A stretch of 64,000 bases of DNA, from NCBI RefSeq assembly GCF_011745625.1, contig NW_027191454.1:310001-374000 (forward strand). Reading direction: 5' to 3'. The DNA comes from Cladosporium halotolerans (taxonomy: Eukaryota). How positions within the stretch are numbered: position 1 is the first letter of the stretch; each line of letters starts with the position of its first letter. The notes under the pieces are model-generated. The model worked only from the letters and a program-made list of their open reading frames with translations, was not told the origin of the DNA and made no database searches. Below are positions 33,481-46,347 of this stretch, piece by piece. Position numbers and translations under genes: made by a program.

Positions 33481-34751
33481 TTAAGTGCAAGTGTAGCCGC
33501 CGTCGACGCGCAGCTCGGACCCGGTCATGTAGCCCGAAGCGTCCGAGAGCAAGAACGTGACGGCGCCCATCAGGTCCTCAGGCCGGCCCATCTTGCCCGC
33601 CGGGATCAGCGAAATCCACTTCTCCGCCAGCTCGGGGTTGTCGTCGAGGATCTTCTTGGTGCTGCGCAGTCATCCATGTCAGCTAATCGTCGCAGAAAAA
33701 GACACCGGGGCTCAATGAAAGAAGAAGAAGAAAAGAAATAACTCACAGCGCAGTAAGCATGTACCCCGGCGAAATGCAGTTCACCCGCACGCCCGCGTGC
33801 GCCCACTCGACGGCCAGCGAGCTAGCCAGATGGCGCACGGCGGCCTTCGCGGCGTTGTACGGCGCCTGCGGCTGCGGGACGTTGACGATGGCGCCGCTCA
33901 TGGAGCCGATCATGACGATGCTGCCGGGCTGCCGGCGCTCCATCAGGTGGCGCGCGACGCCCGTCGCGAACAGCCAGGTGCCGTCGACGTTGACGCCCCA
34001 CAGCTTCTGCACGCGGTCGTAGGGGTACTCGACGGCGGGGAAGTTCTCCGTGAAGCCGGCGCTGGTGACGAGGTTGTCGATCTTGCCGTGCGCGGCGATG
34101 ATCTCGTCGAGCGCGTGCTGCACGCTGTCCGGGGAGGAGACGTCGGCGTAGTGCGCGGTCACTTTGGGCACGTCGCGCGCGCCGGGGTTCTCGCGCTTGA
34201 ACTCCTCGACCAGCGCCGCGGCTTGCTTCTCGCCTTCTTCTTCTGTTGTGGCTGTCAGCTCGGACTCCTCTGCCTCATCTGGTCAGAAGGCCGAAAAAGG
34301 GGAACGCACTATTCATATCCACAATCGCCACGTCCGCGCCGCTAACCACCATCGCCTGGCTCATGACGAGCCCCAGCCCGCGCGCACCCCCCGTCACGAC
34401 GCCGACCTTGTCCTCGAGCGAGAAGCTCGCCAGCGTCCGCAGGTGCCGCCCGCGGCCCTGCACGGGCTTCGACGCCGGCAGCTCGCTCTCGTCGTCCGGG
34501 TGCTCGTAGCGGAAGCTGTCGTCGGTGCGGGACGCCGTGCCTTCGTGGCCGGTGTCGACGGTCGCGGCCGTGGTGAATTTGTCGTGCCGCGTTTCGTCTT
34601 TGGGGTCGTCGGGCGAGACTTTGTCGTGCAGGGGGGTGAGGTTGGTGAAGGTGCGGGTGCGGGTGAGGGGGGATGTGCGGGCGGTGAGGGTTGAGGTGGA
34701 GGGGCGCACGGCGGCGCGGGTGGCCTGTCTGATGATGGATGTGCGGAACAT
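33481..34751 (-). CDS. Short-chain dehydrogenase, D-arabinitol 2-dehydrogenase-like (exons 34751-34310, 34242-33747, 33661-33481)
   Basis: [45 protein letters not shown] (YxxxK), VDGGYT; N-terminus resembles a mitochondrial presequence. Confidence 0.88.
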
Positions 34752-36058
34752 TTTTTTTTTGTATGTGTTGGTGGTGTTGTTTGTGGATGGTTGTGTCTGG
34801 GACGGGCTGGGTCAGCCGGTGTGCTTCGACGAGCAGGGTATGCAGACGAGAAGAACAATAACAGGAAGAATATCAAAGTTCGCGGAGCCGGTCCATCAGC
34901 AACGGCCAATGTCCTCGTGACGGAAGCTTTGATGCCCTGAACGCGTGGTTCCAAGGGGAGGGGACGGGGAGATCTGAAGGGGAACACGGGCCGGCCGTGG
35001 TGCTCGACGTACCAAGCCTCGAGCTGCGTAAGGTGCCCGTTGCAGATTAGATTGCCGGTTCTAGATTTCGCTCTCGTGATGCCTTGTCGTTGCTGATGTT
35101 GTTGTCGCAAGGAGCGAAGACGGTCGAGTCCAGGAAACAGAAGAAGAAATAAACCGACTCCTCACAAGCGAAGGAAAGAAACAAAAACAACACGTCGATT
35201 CCAACCAGCCCAACAAGATCTCCTGCAGACTCCGCCGTCGTGTCGACGCGATTAGGAGCTCATCAGGCTGCATTTTGTACGTCATCCCCAGAGGAGCTTT
35301 GGCCCCTAGACGCTGCTTCCCCAAGGGCAAAAGGGCCAGGGTCGCGTTCGGCCCCATTTTTAGCCTGGAGTCGGGGTCTAGTCCCGCCCGCCGGCTGGGG
35401 GTCGAAGTGGAGATGAGCAGAGAGGCGAATGAGCTGCCGCTCGCTTGCACCGTGTGCGAGGAGTGGCGAGCACGACGGGGTCTGGCCTGGTCGCGCCAGA
35501 GTATATAGGAAAGGGAGGACGCCTGGACATGGGATAATGGTAATGGTGAGAGTCTGGCCGACCCGGCGACGCCGCAATTCTGTTCGTCTGTCGGCGCTGA
35601 GGGGGATCCTATTTTATTTTTTCGTGTGGTCGTGGCCGTGCTCCTCGCCCCAGAATCAGGATGCCCGCAGGTTGCAAGGGTGTGAGACACCGCTTGATGG
35701 ATTCGTTGCAGGCACTTTGTATAAAGAGTCGTGCAGCGTTGCATAAATCCAACTCCGGAACACAATTTTGGAGCCACCCCGATGGAATCAGTCGAAACTC
35801 CATTGAGCAACCGCTCTACTCTAAAGAAGGAAGTCAGACGAATGGCAAGTTCGCCGACGGCTCTCGGCCTTCGCTGAGAGCAGCCCCGACGACCCCGCTG
35901 TGGTTCTGCGGTCCACCCAAAACGATGGCGGCGACAAGTAGACCGAGGAGAGAAGGCCGGTTTAAGGGAGGGAGGATACAAGTTCAGTCAAGTCCAACGT
36001 TCGTCGACTCGTAGGTTCGTCGATATCAACAGCATATTCTCATAGCCTTGTTCCCACA

Positions 36059-37200
36059 ATGTCTACTGCTGCCGCTCCCTTCTCTGTTGATGGCAAGTCG
36101 GCTATCATCACCGGCGCTGGTTCCGGTATGATCTTCCCTCCCTGCGGTATCGGTTCAGACGTCGTAACTCACAGCAACTGCAGGTATCAACTATTGCTTT
36201 GCGAAATTGCTTTTAGAGAAGAATTGCAATGTTGTCATTGCAGACCTCGGGCTCCGCCCAGAAGCACAGAAGCTCATCGATCAATACACCAACCAGCCTC
36301 GCGCGGTCTTCGTCAAGACCGATGTCGTAAATTGGGACCAGCTCACCAACATGTTCGACGTTGCCGAGAAAGAGTTCGGCGGCGCAGACATCGTGAGTAC
36401 CTCTCCCGGCCCACCACCAACTCATCAATCAATCCTAACCATCCTCAAGGTCTGCCCCGGCGCCGGCATCTTCGAACCGCACTGGACCAACTTCTGGCAC
36501 CCGCCGGGCACGGAAAGATCCAAAGACGACCCTCACGGCACCAACGGCATCGGCCACTACGCCTGCCTCGACATCAACATCACCCACCCCATCCGCACCT
36601 CGCAGCTCGCCATCTCCCGCTGGCTGAACCCCACGCCCACCTCCAAAGCCGGCAAGTCGAGCCCCAGCAACCCCAAGCGCATCGTCCACATCTCCAGCAT
36701 CGCGGGCCAGTGTCCCACCTTCGGCGTGCCGATGTACATCGCCTCGAAGCACGGTGAGTCCCCGTAGCCCATCGAGCCAGACCTCCAACCGACGACACAG
36801 TACTGACAGCGACGAACCCCCAGCAATCAACGGCTTCATCCGCTCGCTCGCGGCCCTCGAGCCCGCCATCGGCGTGCGCGTCAACGGCGTCGCGCCCGGC
36901 GTCATCCGCACGCCGCTGTGGACCGAGCACGCCGAGAAGCTGGTCATGGTCGACGAGGCGCAGGACGTCTGGGTCGAGCCCGAGGAGGTCGCCGAGGCGA
37001 TGCTGCGGTGCGTCGTGGAGCCGGAGGTCGGCGGCGGGTACGTGATGGAGGTGCTGAAGGGGGCGACGAGGCACGTGGACTGGAGGATGGATCCGGGGCC
37101 GCAGGGCGAGGGCGCCACGGTGGCGAATAGGGGCAGGGCGGACGAGGAGGTGCTGGAGTGGTTGGCGGAGGAGGGGTGGGGGGTTGAGAAGAGGAAGTAG
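36059..37200 (+). CDS. Short-chain dehydrogenase, 15-hydroxyprostaglandin dehydrogenase-like (exons 36059-36125, 36184-36392, 36450-36753, 36824-37200)
   Basis: AIITGAGSGIN, DIVCPGAGIFEP, HISSIAG, MYIASKHAINGF (YxxxK), RVNGVAPGVIRTPLW. Confidence 0.88.
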
Positions 37201-38125
37201 ATGATGTGATATGGGGGAATGGAGTAATGATAGGTTGGATTTGGCGTGCTCATTATTTTCTCGTCTTTGATATTACGAGTAAGCGTGGTCGACGGATGCC
37301 TGGACGGAGCACTTCTCGTCTGCGATGGACCCCGGGAAAAAGCATTGCGACTCTCTCACGGGTCTGCCATGTGGTTTTTTGACCGAGAGCGACGTTGTGA
37401 GCGTAGAGTGAATGACGATCTTGAAGGTTCAAGTTGGATAAGAACGACAAAGATGATCTATCAGAGACTCTCAAGAGATAATCTTGTCTCTCTAGCTGGG
37501 GTTTGCGGACATATTCCATAGCGAGCCCATGAGATTATATCTTAAATTGAATGATAGAGCAGGATAGCCAGCACAGCGTGAGTTACTCATCCCTGTGAGC
37601 AAACCATGTAAGTTCTGAAGTCTTTGCACATCTTATACAAATCCGCCGAACTTTGTAATCATGCAGAGTGAGATGTCTCCAGATAGACACACATGATCCT
37701 AACCATGCAATTGATGCTGTTAGAAGCTCTCAAGCCCAGGTATGAGATGAAAATCATTTGTAAAGCTGTTCCAGAGCTTGCTTGCCTTGCCGACGCTGTT
37801 TGTGTAGTGGTAGCACTCTGTTTCAGCAAAAGACTTCATCATGACTTTTCATTCTAGTTTATTGTCTCTGATCAATGCAGGCCGTTGGCTCAAGTTGCCG
37901 CAAAGCGTTCCTCGCAGTCTGACAAACGCCAAGTCGGTAGCTGCGGGAGCGTGCGGCTGTTCCCGCGCACAGCAAGTCGAAATGGAGAGGCAGCCCGCCA
38001 AGCCTCAAGGCGAAGCCGCACTTCGACGCTGGGAGGAACTTCACCACGACGAATCCGCGACGACGACCACAGGCACCGAAGCCGCACGACCTCATTGACC
38101 GGACCACTAACGACACACCGGCACC

Positions 38126-39004
38126 ATGAGGACCTACGACGACACCTTCTCCGGCCGCAAGATCTACCCCGGCAAGGTATGCGATTATCGTCGTCCTTTC
38201 TCACAATCTCGGAGGCGCAGACGGAGCGGAGGTGGAGTCTGCGAGGCATGGGTTGGAGCTCGATGAGGGATTGCATGGTCAGGATGGTCTGGGATAGTGA
38301 CACGACATGTTGTCGCTATTGCCTTAAGAGACGGGACGAGATGGCGATGTGGGAAACGCTTGATCGCAAAATTCGAGATTGGATCGGGACATGGGGCGCG
38401 ATTTATGATCAGCACTCGTGCTGACATACCTCTTCTACAGGGCAAAATCTTCGTCCGCTCGGACAGCAAGATCTTCCGTTTCCAGAACGGCAAGTCTGAG
38501 TCTCTCTTCCTTCAGCGCAAGAACCCCCGCAAGATCGCGTGGACCGTTCTCTGCCGTCGCCAGAGGAGAAAGGGTATCTCTGAGGTACGATCCCACGAAT
38601 ACTGCCGTCGGTCGACATCGCTAGGACACCATACTCACAACCACCACAGGAGGCCGCCAAGTCCCGCCGCCGTCGCCAGGTCAAGTCCCAGCGTGCCATC
38701 GTTGGTGCTTCCCTCGACGTCATCAAGGAGCGCCGCGCTCAGCGCCCTGAGGCCCGCTCGGCTGCCCGCCAGGCCGCCATCAAGGAGGGCAAGGAGAAGC
38801 GCACTGCCGCCCAGAGCGCTAAGAAGGCTGAGAAGGCCAAGTCTGCCGCAAAGAGCGCCGCTGGCCAGACCACCGGCCGGTACGTCACCAACACGATCTA
38901 TGCGACACACCGATCACCGTCGAAATACTAACATCTCTCACAGTGTCGTTGGTAAGCAGGGTGCGAAGGGTGCCGCCAGCAAGCCCAAGCCCACTTCCCG
39001 CTAA
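38126..39004 (+). CDS. RPL24: 60S ribosomal protein L24 (eL24) (exons 38126-38176, 38441-38584, 38650-38879, 38944-39004)
   Basis: MRTYDDTFSGRKIYPGK|GKIFVRSDSKIFRFQNGKSESLFLQRKNPRKIAWT, RAIVGASLDVIKERR. Confidence 0.97.
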
Positions 39005-39928
39005 GCGGTCGGCTTTCACTTGCGATGCATTTCTTCCTTTCGGCGCTTAGAGACAACCGGCTGCAATAAGCGGCTATGCAAATGGATGGAGTTCAGTCGA
39101 AACGCGGATGAATCAATGTCTCAAAAACACATTTAGAACGACCTGCGTGCCGTCCGTGCGAAAAGCCACCGTGCTTCGGAGAATCGCCATGCCATAGAAA
39201 AGCCCGAATGAAGCTGTGGCTGCTTGGAGAAAGAATTGCTGTGTTCCGGTGTGTTGTCAGAACTATTGTGTCGGAGCGCTGTGCGAATGCGGTCGGAAGA
39301 CCATGCCTACAAAACGATCGAATCTGGTTGATCGCTACGGCGCACTGTTTTGTTCGCCTTACCCAACAACATCGTTGCGGCGACATGCAGCAAAATTGCC
39401 AGGCCGACCTATGCATAGTCACTCAAGGCAGGCAACCTGATATGCCATCAAGTGACCCTGTGAGAGATATCGTCATTGCAGCGCGTCTAGCTTGTAGACA
39501 CATGTTTTTTCGGTCATCAATCCATACGCTACATCATACTTCTGCACACTCCACGCATCCGGAAGTCTGTGGCATATCTAGCCTCGGTATGGGACTGACA
39601 TGTCAGTCAGTCGCGTCAAAACGAATGCGACATGTGCCGAGATGGGATACAAGCATCTCAAGACGAATGAATCATCAGCAGAGAATGCTACCTTTGCCTT
39701 CACATTACGAAGAAATCTTGGTCCCCCTCATCGTTTCAGAAATGCGCATGCCGCAGACTTGCAGATGAGCGGTTTACTCTCCGATCTGATTCAAGCTGAT
39801 ACCCCATTTCAGGTCTGACACCATAAAGACAGACTGCTATCCTGTCGATAAATCCAAAGCTCCCCCAGCTCCAACTCACTTCCACCAGCCATCATCCAAC
39901 TCCAGCCTAACCGACCCCACCATCCCAC

Positions 39929-42619
39929 TCAAGTATACACATCCTCGGTGAACTTGTTAAGCCCCAGCCCCTCCTTCGCAATATCCTCTTCCTTCAAAAA
40001 CAACAACGGCATCTCCACCAGCGTGCCCCTCACCTTCGCCAGCTCCTCCTTCACCTGCCGCACCGCCACCTTCGGGTCCGCATCAAACTCCGCCGCAACC
40101 ACATGCCCGCGCTTCCACGTGCTCGGCCGCCCGACGTCCTTCCCCTCCTTCCCCGCCTCCTCGTCCTTGAAAAACCGCTCGTAGTAGTCCCCGTAGTCCC
40201 TCCAGTTCCGCACCGCGTCGCTCGGCACGGGGTGAAACACCTTCGCGAAAGCCGCCGTGTTAGTATATGCAGTCTGCTTCCACAAGCTATCGAACGACTC
40301 GCTCAGCGGGTCCGCGACCGCGACGTCCTCGCGCGAGCCCCAGTCGTACTCGTTCGGCCCGCCCTGCCCGACCGGCAGGCGGTTGGCGTCCTCGCGCTCG
40401 CAGTCCTGCGGCCGCAGGAGGCCCAGGTGCTTGCGGAAGATGAAGCGGCGCAGCTGGGCGGCGAAGCGCGCGGCGCGCCAGGGCGCGCCGGCCATGGTCG
40501 TTTCGACCTCCTGCGGGTCTTCGATCAGCACGGCGATTTCGCTGTCGTGCTCGCCGAGCTGCGAGCGGTCGTTGAGGTTGGCGGAGCCGCAGATGACGGT
40601 GCGGTCGTCGGCGATGAGCAGCTTGCTGTGGATGTAGAGTTCCTCCGAGACGAAGGCGTCGAGCTCGTTGGTGTCGCCGTCTTCCCAGGGGGCGGAGAGG
40701 ATGGAGGGCCCGTCGAGCATGTAGCAGGCTGCGACGGAGTCCCAGCCGAGGGGCTGGCTGCTGGATTCGCGGACGTGCTGGGCGGCCTGCTGGTAGCGCT
40801 GGTAGTTGCTGTCGGCGGGCTGGTTTTGGTACTCGGCGCCGTATTCGGTGCTGTCGACTGTTTGACCGAAGCGGACGTCGTGGGCGCGGCGGGCGTCGTC
40901 GTAGGCGACGCCGGCTTCTTGCTCGACGCGCGCCATCGCGGAGGAGGTGTTGATGCGGTCGTAGTTGCGCAGGTTGTAGAAGCGTAGGTACTGCATGGGG
41001 TCGACGCCGGCTTTCGCCACCTGCTGGTAGATCGAGTAGCCGCCGCGGTTGATGCTGTTGTACTGGAACTCCATGATAGCACGGGTGCTGAGCGCATCGT
41101 CGGACTTCAGATCGCCCGCGAACCCGGGTACGGCGGGGATGTTGATGATCATGTGCCAGGCCTCGCCGTTACGGGCGGCGCGCAGGATGCGCTCGACGAT
41201 GGCGGCGCCGATGCGGTTGCGGATGGGTTTCTGGCGCTCGTCGGTCGCGGTGATGAAGAACTGGTTCTCCATGTAGACGAAGTGCTCCGAGCGCTTGATC
41301 ACGTCGATGTAGGCGTCTGCGATGCTGTGCTCGAGCGGCACGCCGTGAGACCATTGCGTGCAGGAGCGAACGATTTGACATTTCATGCCTCCAAGCGGTC
41401 CTGACGGGTAGCTTGTTTCGGCGCCCTGGAGGCCTTCGCGCATGCGGTCGCGGCTGTCCCGCAGGATCTCTTGGCCACGTTGGAAGTGCGAGTGCATGCG
41501 GTCTCTGAAATGCTGATACTGGCCCTCGCCTTCCGGCTCGGCGCCAGGCTCAGCCTGTTGGTAAGGGTGGCCGATGATGCCGGCGCGACTCGGCCTGTAA
41601 GGGAGAGGGTGCACGCCTTCGACCTTGCGGACGGCGTACTTCTCATAGTAGATGAAGTTCCAGCGCTGGGCGAAGTGGTCTTTCAAGTCCTCGACGATGG
41701 GGCCTTTCAGGGAAAGGCTGACGTCGGACCAGCCCATGCGGCTGTTGTACTTGCGATCTAGCTTGTTGTTTTGCCAATGCTGCACATCTTGGAAGTCCAT
41801 GATGCGGGCGTTGTTGTAGTCTTGGCCAGGGAAGATGATCTGGTCGAGGTCTCCAGGGTGTGCGTCAGCGATGCTATGCTGGTGAGTATCCCATCTTCCG
41901 TAGCATAAATCGAGCCCGCCCATGAAAGCGATGTGTCCGTCGACAAGGCAGAGCTTCTCATGGTGGGCCCAGTAGAGGACATTGCCGTCAGTGACGCCGT
42001 AGATTCCCTTCAAAGCATCTCCCGGTAGCTGGCTCAGCTTCGCCGGACTCATGCCGGCCTGCTTAATGCTCGACAGAAACGACGAAGCCAGAGTCTGCTT
42101 GTCCGGCAGGTGGTCCGGGTGCCTGAAGACCCTGATGTTGCCGGTCTTGTCATTGTCCTCGAGCCAGTGTTTGGTGTGGCTGCTGGACAGCGTCAAAGCC
42201 TGCGTGACCTCTTTGTAGACGATGATGTTGACTTTGACGCCACGCTCTGCGGCGGCAAACAGAAGTCGATCGAGTCTGTATTGCTCGTGCTTCGCCGGCG
42301 GTCTACGCAAGTAGAGCTCCGGGCTGAGCCACCAGTCGAGGATCCAGATGCTGTCCCTCGCGTGTTCCAGTGCGACGCTGACGGCCCACATGTAGGAGCA
42401 GCCGTCGACGTACCACTTAGATTCATTGCCCTCTCGCTGCGGCGCGAAAGACTGGAAGCGGTGCATATGATGCTTGTCGCGGTCTGAGCATTCCGGTGTG
42501 TTGTGAGTGTGGGCGTGGACGTTGGCGGGCAGCACGCCCTCGCTGCCTCCTACATTCTCCCTGACGGTTTTCTCGACATCCTGGAGAGCCTGCTTGGCCT
42601 TGTCGAACAGGAACGACAT
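39929..42619 (-). CDS. Phospholipase D (short form, no PX/PH region evident), intronless
   Basis: Two HKD motifs (HHEKLCLVD, YIHSKLLIADD..GSANLNDRS), WILDWWLSPELYLRRP, YMENQFF, C-terminal RGTLVEMPLLFL. Confidence 0.93.
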   Translation of the reverse strand: MSFLFDKAKQALQDVEKTVRENVGGSEGVLPANVHAHTHNTPECSDRDKHHMHRFQSFAPQREGNESKWYVDGCSYMWAVSVALEHARDSIWILDWWLSPELYLRRPPAKHEQYRLDRLLFAAAERGVKVNIIVYKEVTQALTLSSSHTKHWLEDNDKTGNIRVFRHPDHLPDKQTLASSFLSSIKQAGMSPAKLSQLPGDALKGIYGVTDGNVLYWAHHEKLCLVDGHIAFMGGLDLCYGRWDTHQHSIADAHPGDLDQIIFPGQDYNNARIMDFQDVQHWQNNKLDRKYNSRMGWSDVSLSLKGPIVEDLKDHFAQRWNFIYYEKYAVRKVEGVHPLPYRPSRAGIIGHPYQQAEPGAEPEGEGQYQHFRDRMHSHFQRGQEILRDSRDRMREGLQGAETSYPSGPLGGMKCQIVRSCTQWSHGVPLEHSIADAYIDVIKRSEHFVYMENQFFITATDERQKPIRNRIGAAIVERILRAARNGEAWHMIINIPAVPGFAGDLKSDDALSTRAIMEFQYNSINRGGYSIYQQVAKAGVDPMQYLRFYNLRNYDRINTSSAMARVEQEAGVAYDDARRAHDVRFGQTVDSTEYGAEYQNQPADSNYQRYQQAAQHVRESSSQPLGWDSVAACYMLDGPSILSAPWEDGDTNELDAFVSEELYIHSKLLIADDRTVICGSANLNDRSQLGEHDSEIAVLIEDPQEVETTMAGAPWRAARFAAQLRRFIFRKHLGLLRPQDCEREDANRLPVGQGGPNEYDWGSREDVAVADPLSESFDSLWKQTAYTNTAAFAKVFHPVPSDAVRNWRDYGDYYERFFKDEEAGKEGKDVGRPSTWKRGHVVAAEFDADPKVAVRQVKEELAKVRGTLVEMPLLFLKEEDIAKEGLGLNKFTEDVYT

Positions 42620-43410
42620 GACGGATGCTTACAGGTGTGGCTTGTTATCTGCAGGCCAGCTGCGGTGAGATTATTGCTGTGGCGATCGTGATAGCAGTGG
42701 TTTCGTAATGATTGATGAGATGTTGTGCTACAACAATTTTGATGGTGAGGGTGAAGGACACAGTATCGTAGCTGAAGCTCTGAAGAGCTGTCACGGTAAG
42801 CTTACAGCATTGACAAACACCACCTGTACCAGGCTTCACTCTGCTGAGCCTCAGGCCAGTCTACGAAGCTTGTGGGCTTGTGCCTTGTGGTGGTGAAACG
42901 AGGCGCATGCCCTGCAGTAGCACTGTAGCACACGTCATGCGACACGGGAGAGGTGAGATCGCCATTGCTGACCGCTTGATGTTTGTCGGCGGCAGGCTGC
43001 ATCTGTTCCCACGCCCATGCATGCAGACAAGAACGCATGTGCAGAACACATACAGCACAATACCTGCTATGCGAGAACCAACGCCAAGCAGCCTGCTGAG
43101 CTTGTTCCGAGCACAATCTAACCGCAGCTGCGTGATGATCGCCAGGAAGACACGATGATTTCCATGGGAGCTTCAGATGCGACTCTGCTCCGCCGTGGGG
43201 CGGTCAGGGTGGGGTGTGGTCTGGTCAAGCCGGTGCACAGAGAATGCTCCAGGTCAGCATATCAGAGGTGTTTCTTTGCTTCTCTGGGCGTATTGGAAGG
43301 GCTTCATGGCTACGGTATATCCAATCGCGGGCGGAGCTTGGCAATGGCTGGTCCGTTGAAGCATGGCGGCGTTGACGAGCCTCGAAGGCACATCACTTCC
43401 TGTTGTTGCA

Positions 43411-43418
43411 GCACGTGG
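43411..43418. promoter_or_regulatory. Candidate PHO-regulon bHLH site GCACGTGG
   Basis: CACGTG core with Pho4-type flanks about 460 bp upstream of the GDPD ATG. Confidence 0.4.
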
Positions 43419-43876
43419 CGGGCGAGTTTCTCAGGCAAAGCCGCGCTAGGCGGACTCTCTCCGCTGCACTCGCACCGGCGAAGCGAGGAAGGACGGCGTG
43501 GACGGCATGGAAGAGCTCAAGGTTGCACGCCGTTGGCCTCTGCCCGCGGATTCCCTGCAACCGTCCGCTGGCTCCACCCTTCATTTCTGCCTCGGCAGCG
43601 TCATCGCTGCAGGTCCCAGCTCGATAGACTCCGGCGCCGTCCATACACCTTCTGCGATAACACCACGCGCGCTGCTACCGTTCCCGCGCTATGGAAGGGC
43701 TGCAGGAACGCATGTTCAGCACAGAAGTCAATCGACGGCACGCCCTGCCGATTGGGAGCTTACAAGAAGCCCGTCGTGCCCGGCCGTAGTTGTTTGCGTC
43801 CCTGTTGTCTTCCCACGTCCAGTCCAACCGTGTTCACGCTCGTCTCTGTCAATCTCGGCTCGTCCAGTCAGGAAAC

Positions 43877-45263
43877 ATGGTTGCCTTCACCACGGTCCTC
43901 GCTCTCAGCGCTGCTGTTGAGCTCGCCGTCGCCGCTCCCACTTACGGCAAGAACCCGGGCAACAAGAAGGGACCCAAGCCGTGGAACCACCATGGTGGCC
44001 CGCCCAAGGACAATGGCCTTTTGGTCCAGCTGGGCCCTCGCCCGTACTACCTTGTCGATGACATGGAGGATAGCCCTCTGAAGGAGAAGCTGGACTCTTG
44101 CAAGAACGAGCCCAAGTCCACCTCCAGCTTCTCCGTCTCTCACAGAGGCGCTCCATTGGAGTTCCCCGAGCACAGCAGGCAGGGTTACGATGCGGCTGCA
44201 CGCATGGGAGCTGGTAAGGCTCAATGGGTAATTTTAGGGCTAGAGCAGTTTCTGACCATTGATAGGTATCATTGAGTGCGATGTCTCCTTCACCTCTGAC
44301 AGGGAGCTCGTCTGTCGTCACTCCAACTGCGACTTGCATTACACCACCAACATCCTGACCAAGCCCGAGCTTGCCGCAAAGTGCACCGAGCCGTTCACGC
44401 CCGCCAACCCTGAGAATGGCACCGAGGCCAGCGCCAAGTGCTGCACCAGCGATATCACCTTGGAAGAGTACAAGAGCCTGTGCGCGGAAATGGAGGCCAC
44501 CACCTTCAACGCCGTCTCCATCAACGCTTCCAGCCCCTACTTCGGCCGCATTGGCACCACCCCCGACTGGCGCACCAACATGTACTCCTACAGCTGCGCG
44601 GAGCCGATGTCCCTGAAAGAGCAAATCGAGCAGGTCGACGCCTACGGCCTCAACTTCACTGCCGAGGCCAAGACGCCCGAGATCGACATGCCCTTCACCT
44701 CCAGCGAGTTCGAGGGCAACTACACGCAGCAGGACTTCATCCAGCAGATCGCCGACACCTTCGACGAGTACGAGATCGACCCCAAGCGCGTCTGGCTGCA
44801 GTCCTTCCTCGACGAAGACATCTTCTACTGGGTCGACAACACGCCCGCCTACGGCGAGCAGGCCGTCTACCTCGACGAGCGCGCCGACCTGTCCGAGGAC
44901 GGCTACGCGGAGGCCGTCGCCTCGCTCCCTGGTCTCGCCGAGCGCGGTGTCAAAATCATGGCCCCCTCCATCTACCAGCTCGTCACTGCCGACAACGCGA
45001 CTGGCGAGATCGTCCCGTCCACTTACGCTACTACCGCGAAGGAGGCCGGCCTCGAGCTCATCACCTGGTCTTTCGAGCGCTCTGGCCCGCTCTCCATCGC
45101 TGGCGGCGGATACTACTACTCTAGCATCTCGGACCTGATCAGCAGGGACGGCGACGAGTTCAAGGTCATTGATGCTATTGCGCAGAAGGTCGGTGTCACT
45201 AAGATCTTCGCCGACTGGGCGTCCACGGTGACTTACTACGCCAACTGCTTTGGTCTTGAGTAA
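43877..45263 (+). CDS. Secreted glycerophosphodiester phosphodiesterase (exons 43877-44213, 44266-45263)
   Basis: Signal peptide MVAFTTVLALSAAVELAVA; VQLGPRP, SHRGAPLEFPEH, GIIECDV, LVCRHSNCDLH, IFADW. Confidence 0.92.
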
Positions 45264-46347
45264 GTCTATGGCCTACGAGAGCGGCGGCGGCGATTGCGTG
45301 ATGTCCATGAAGATTATGTAGATAAAAGAATGTAAATAATGAGTTCTGAAAGATACGTTGTATTCATCAAATTACGGCGCGTTATGATTCCTGCTGTCGT
45401 GATTTCGCGACAATGTATTTCTGCTAGTTCTGTCCGTTAGCGAATGCTAATACAATCTTTCCGAGCCAACCAGAGCGGCAGAGAGAAGAAGTGGTGTGTA
45501 TTTTCAGTAATCCCATATATAAACATTACGACAAGCATTTGTCGATGCGTCGCGAATTTCATACGGCTCTTCCTAAGGCTGTACGGTGATTTGGATCTCA
45601 TCCTTGTACACTTTCGTTTTCTCTCGTGCGTAGCCGGATCCGGAAGGGAAAGGAATGTGAAACGTACCATTTGGCAGGAAAGCCGGGCGCTGCTTTCTGA
45701 AGACGCCCGGCGACGCGTCGTGCGCGTTAGGATTTATATTTCTTCCGTGGAATATCGAGTGGGAAAGAGAACTTCGCCAGAGATTCCGTCGCAGCGAAAG
45801 AAAGTACGGCGGGCGCTCGGTGAAGCCTCCGCGCTGGTGCGGCGGCGGCGACGGGCCGGGGCGTGGTGGCCTCTCGCTTTGGGCCGGGGGGCGCCGGCCG
45901 GCTGTGGGCGAACACGTCGATGGTGCCTTAGCCTTTGACCCTGCGGCCGCGCCTTAATGACAGGTATTGCATCGCTCGCTCGCGATTAATAACCCCATGC
46001 GCCGGCCGCTCTCTTACCACGATTAGTATGACTTGACAACAGTCTCTCTCTCTCTCACTCGATTACACTTCTGCTAGTCTTCACCACTCCCGTCCTCACG
46101 CTTGTACATATACCCTGTCTCTTTCATCTTTCATCTTTCATCATAAATTCCCATACCACTGTCGCATCGCAAAGCCGGCCTTTCTTTGTCTCTTTCGCTG
46201 CCCTTTGCGGATACCTCTGCCGTCTGCGAATAGTGGTGAATAGGCTTATCAAGAGCTCTACTTCTTCCCAGGGCTGCAATTGCATCATCACACGGTCGAC
46301 CAGGACTGTCAATCGCCCTGACATCGACCTTGGGAAAGTCGGCTGTC

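Noticed and set aside
35061..35981. 306-aa ORF between the two SDR genes
   Set aside because: No recognisable motifs or coding-like composition; it occupies a divergent promoter.
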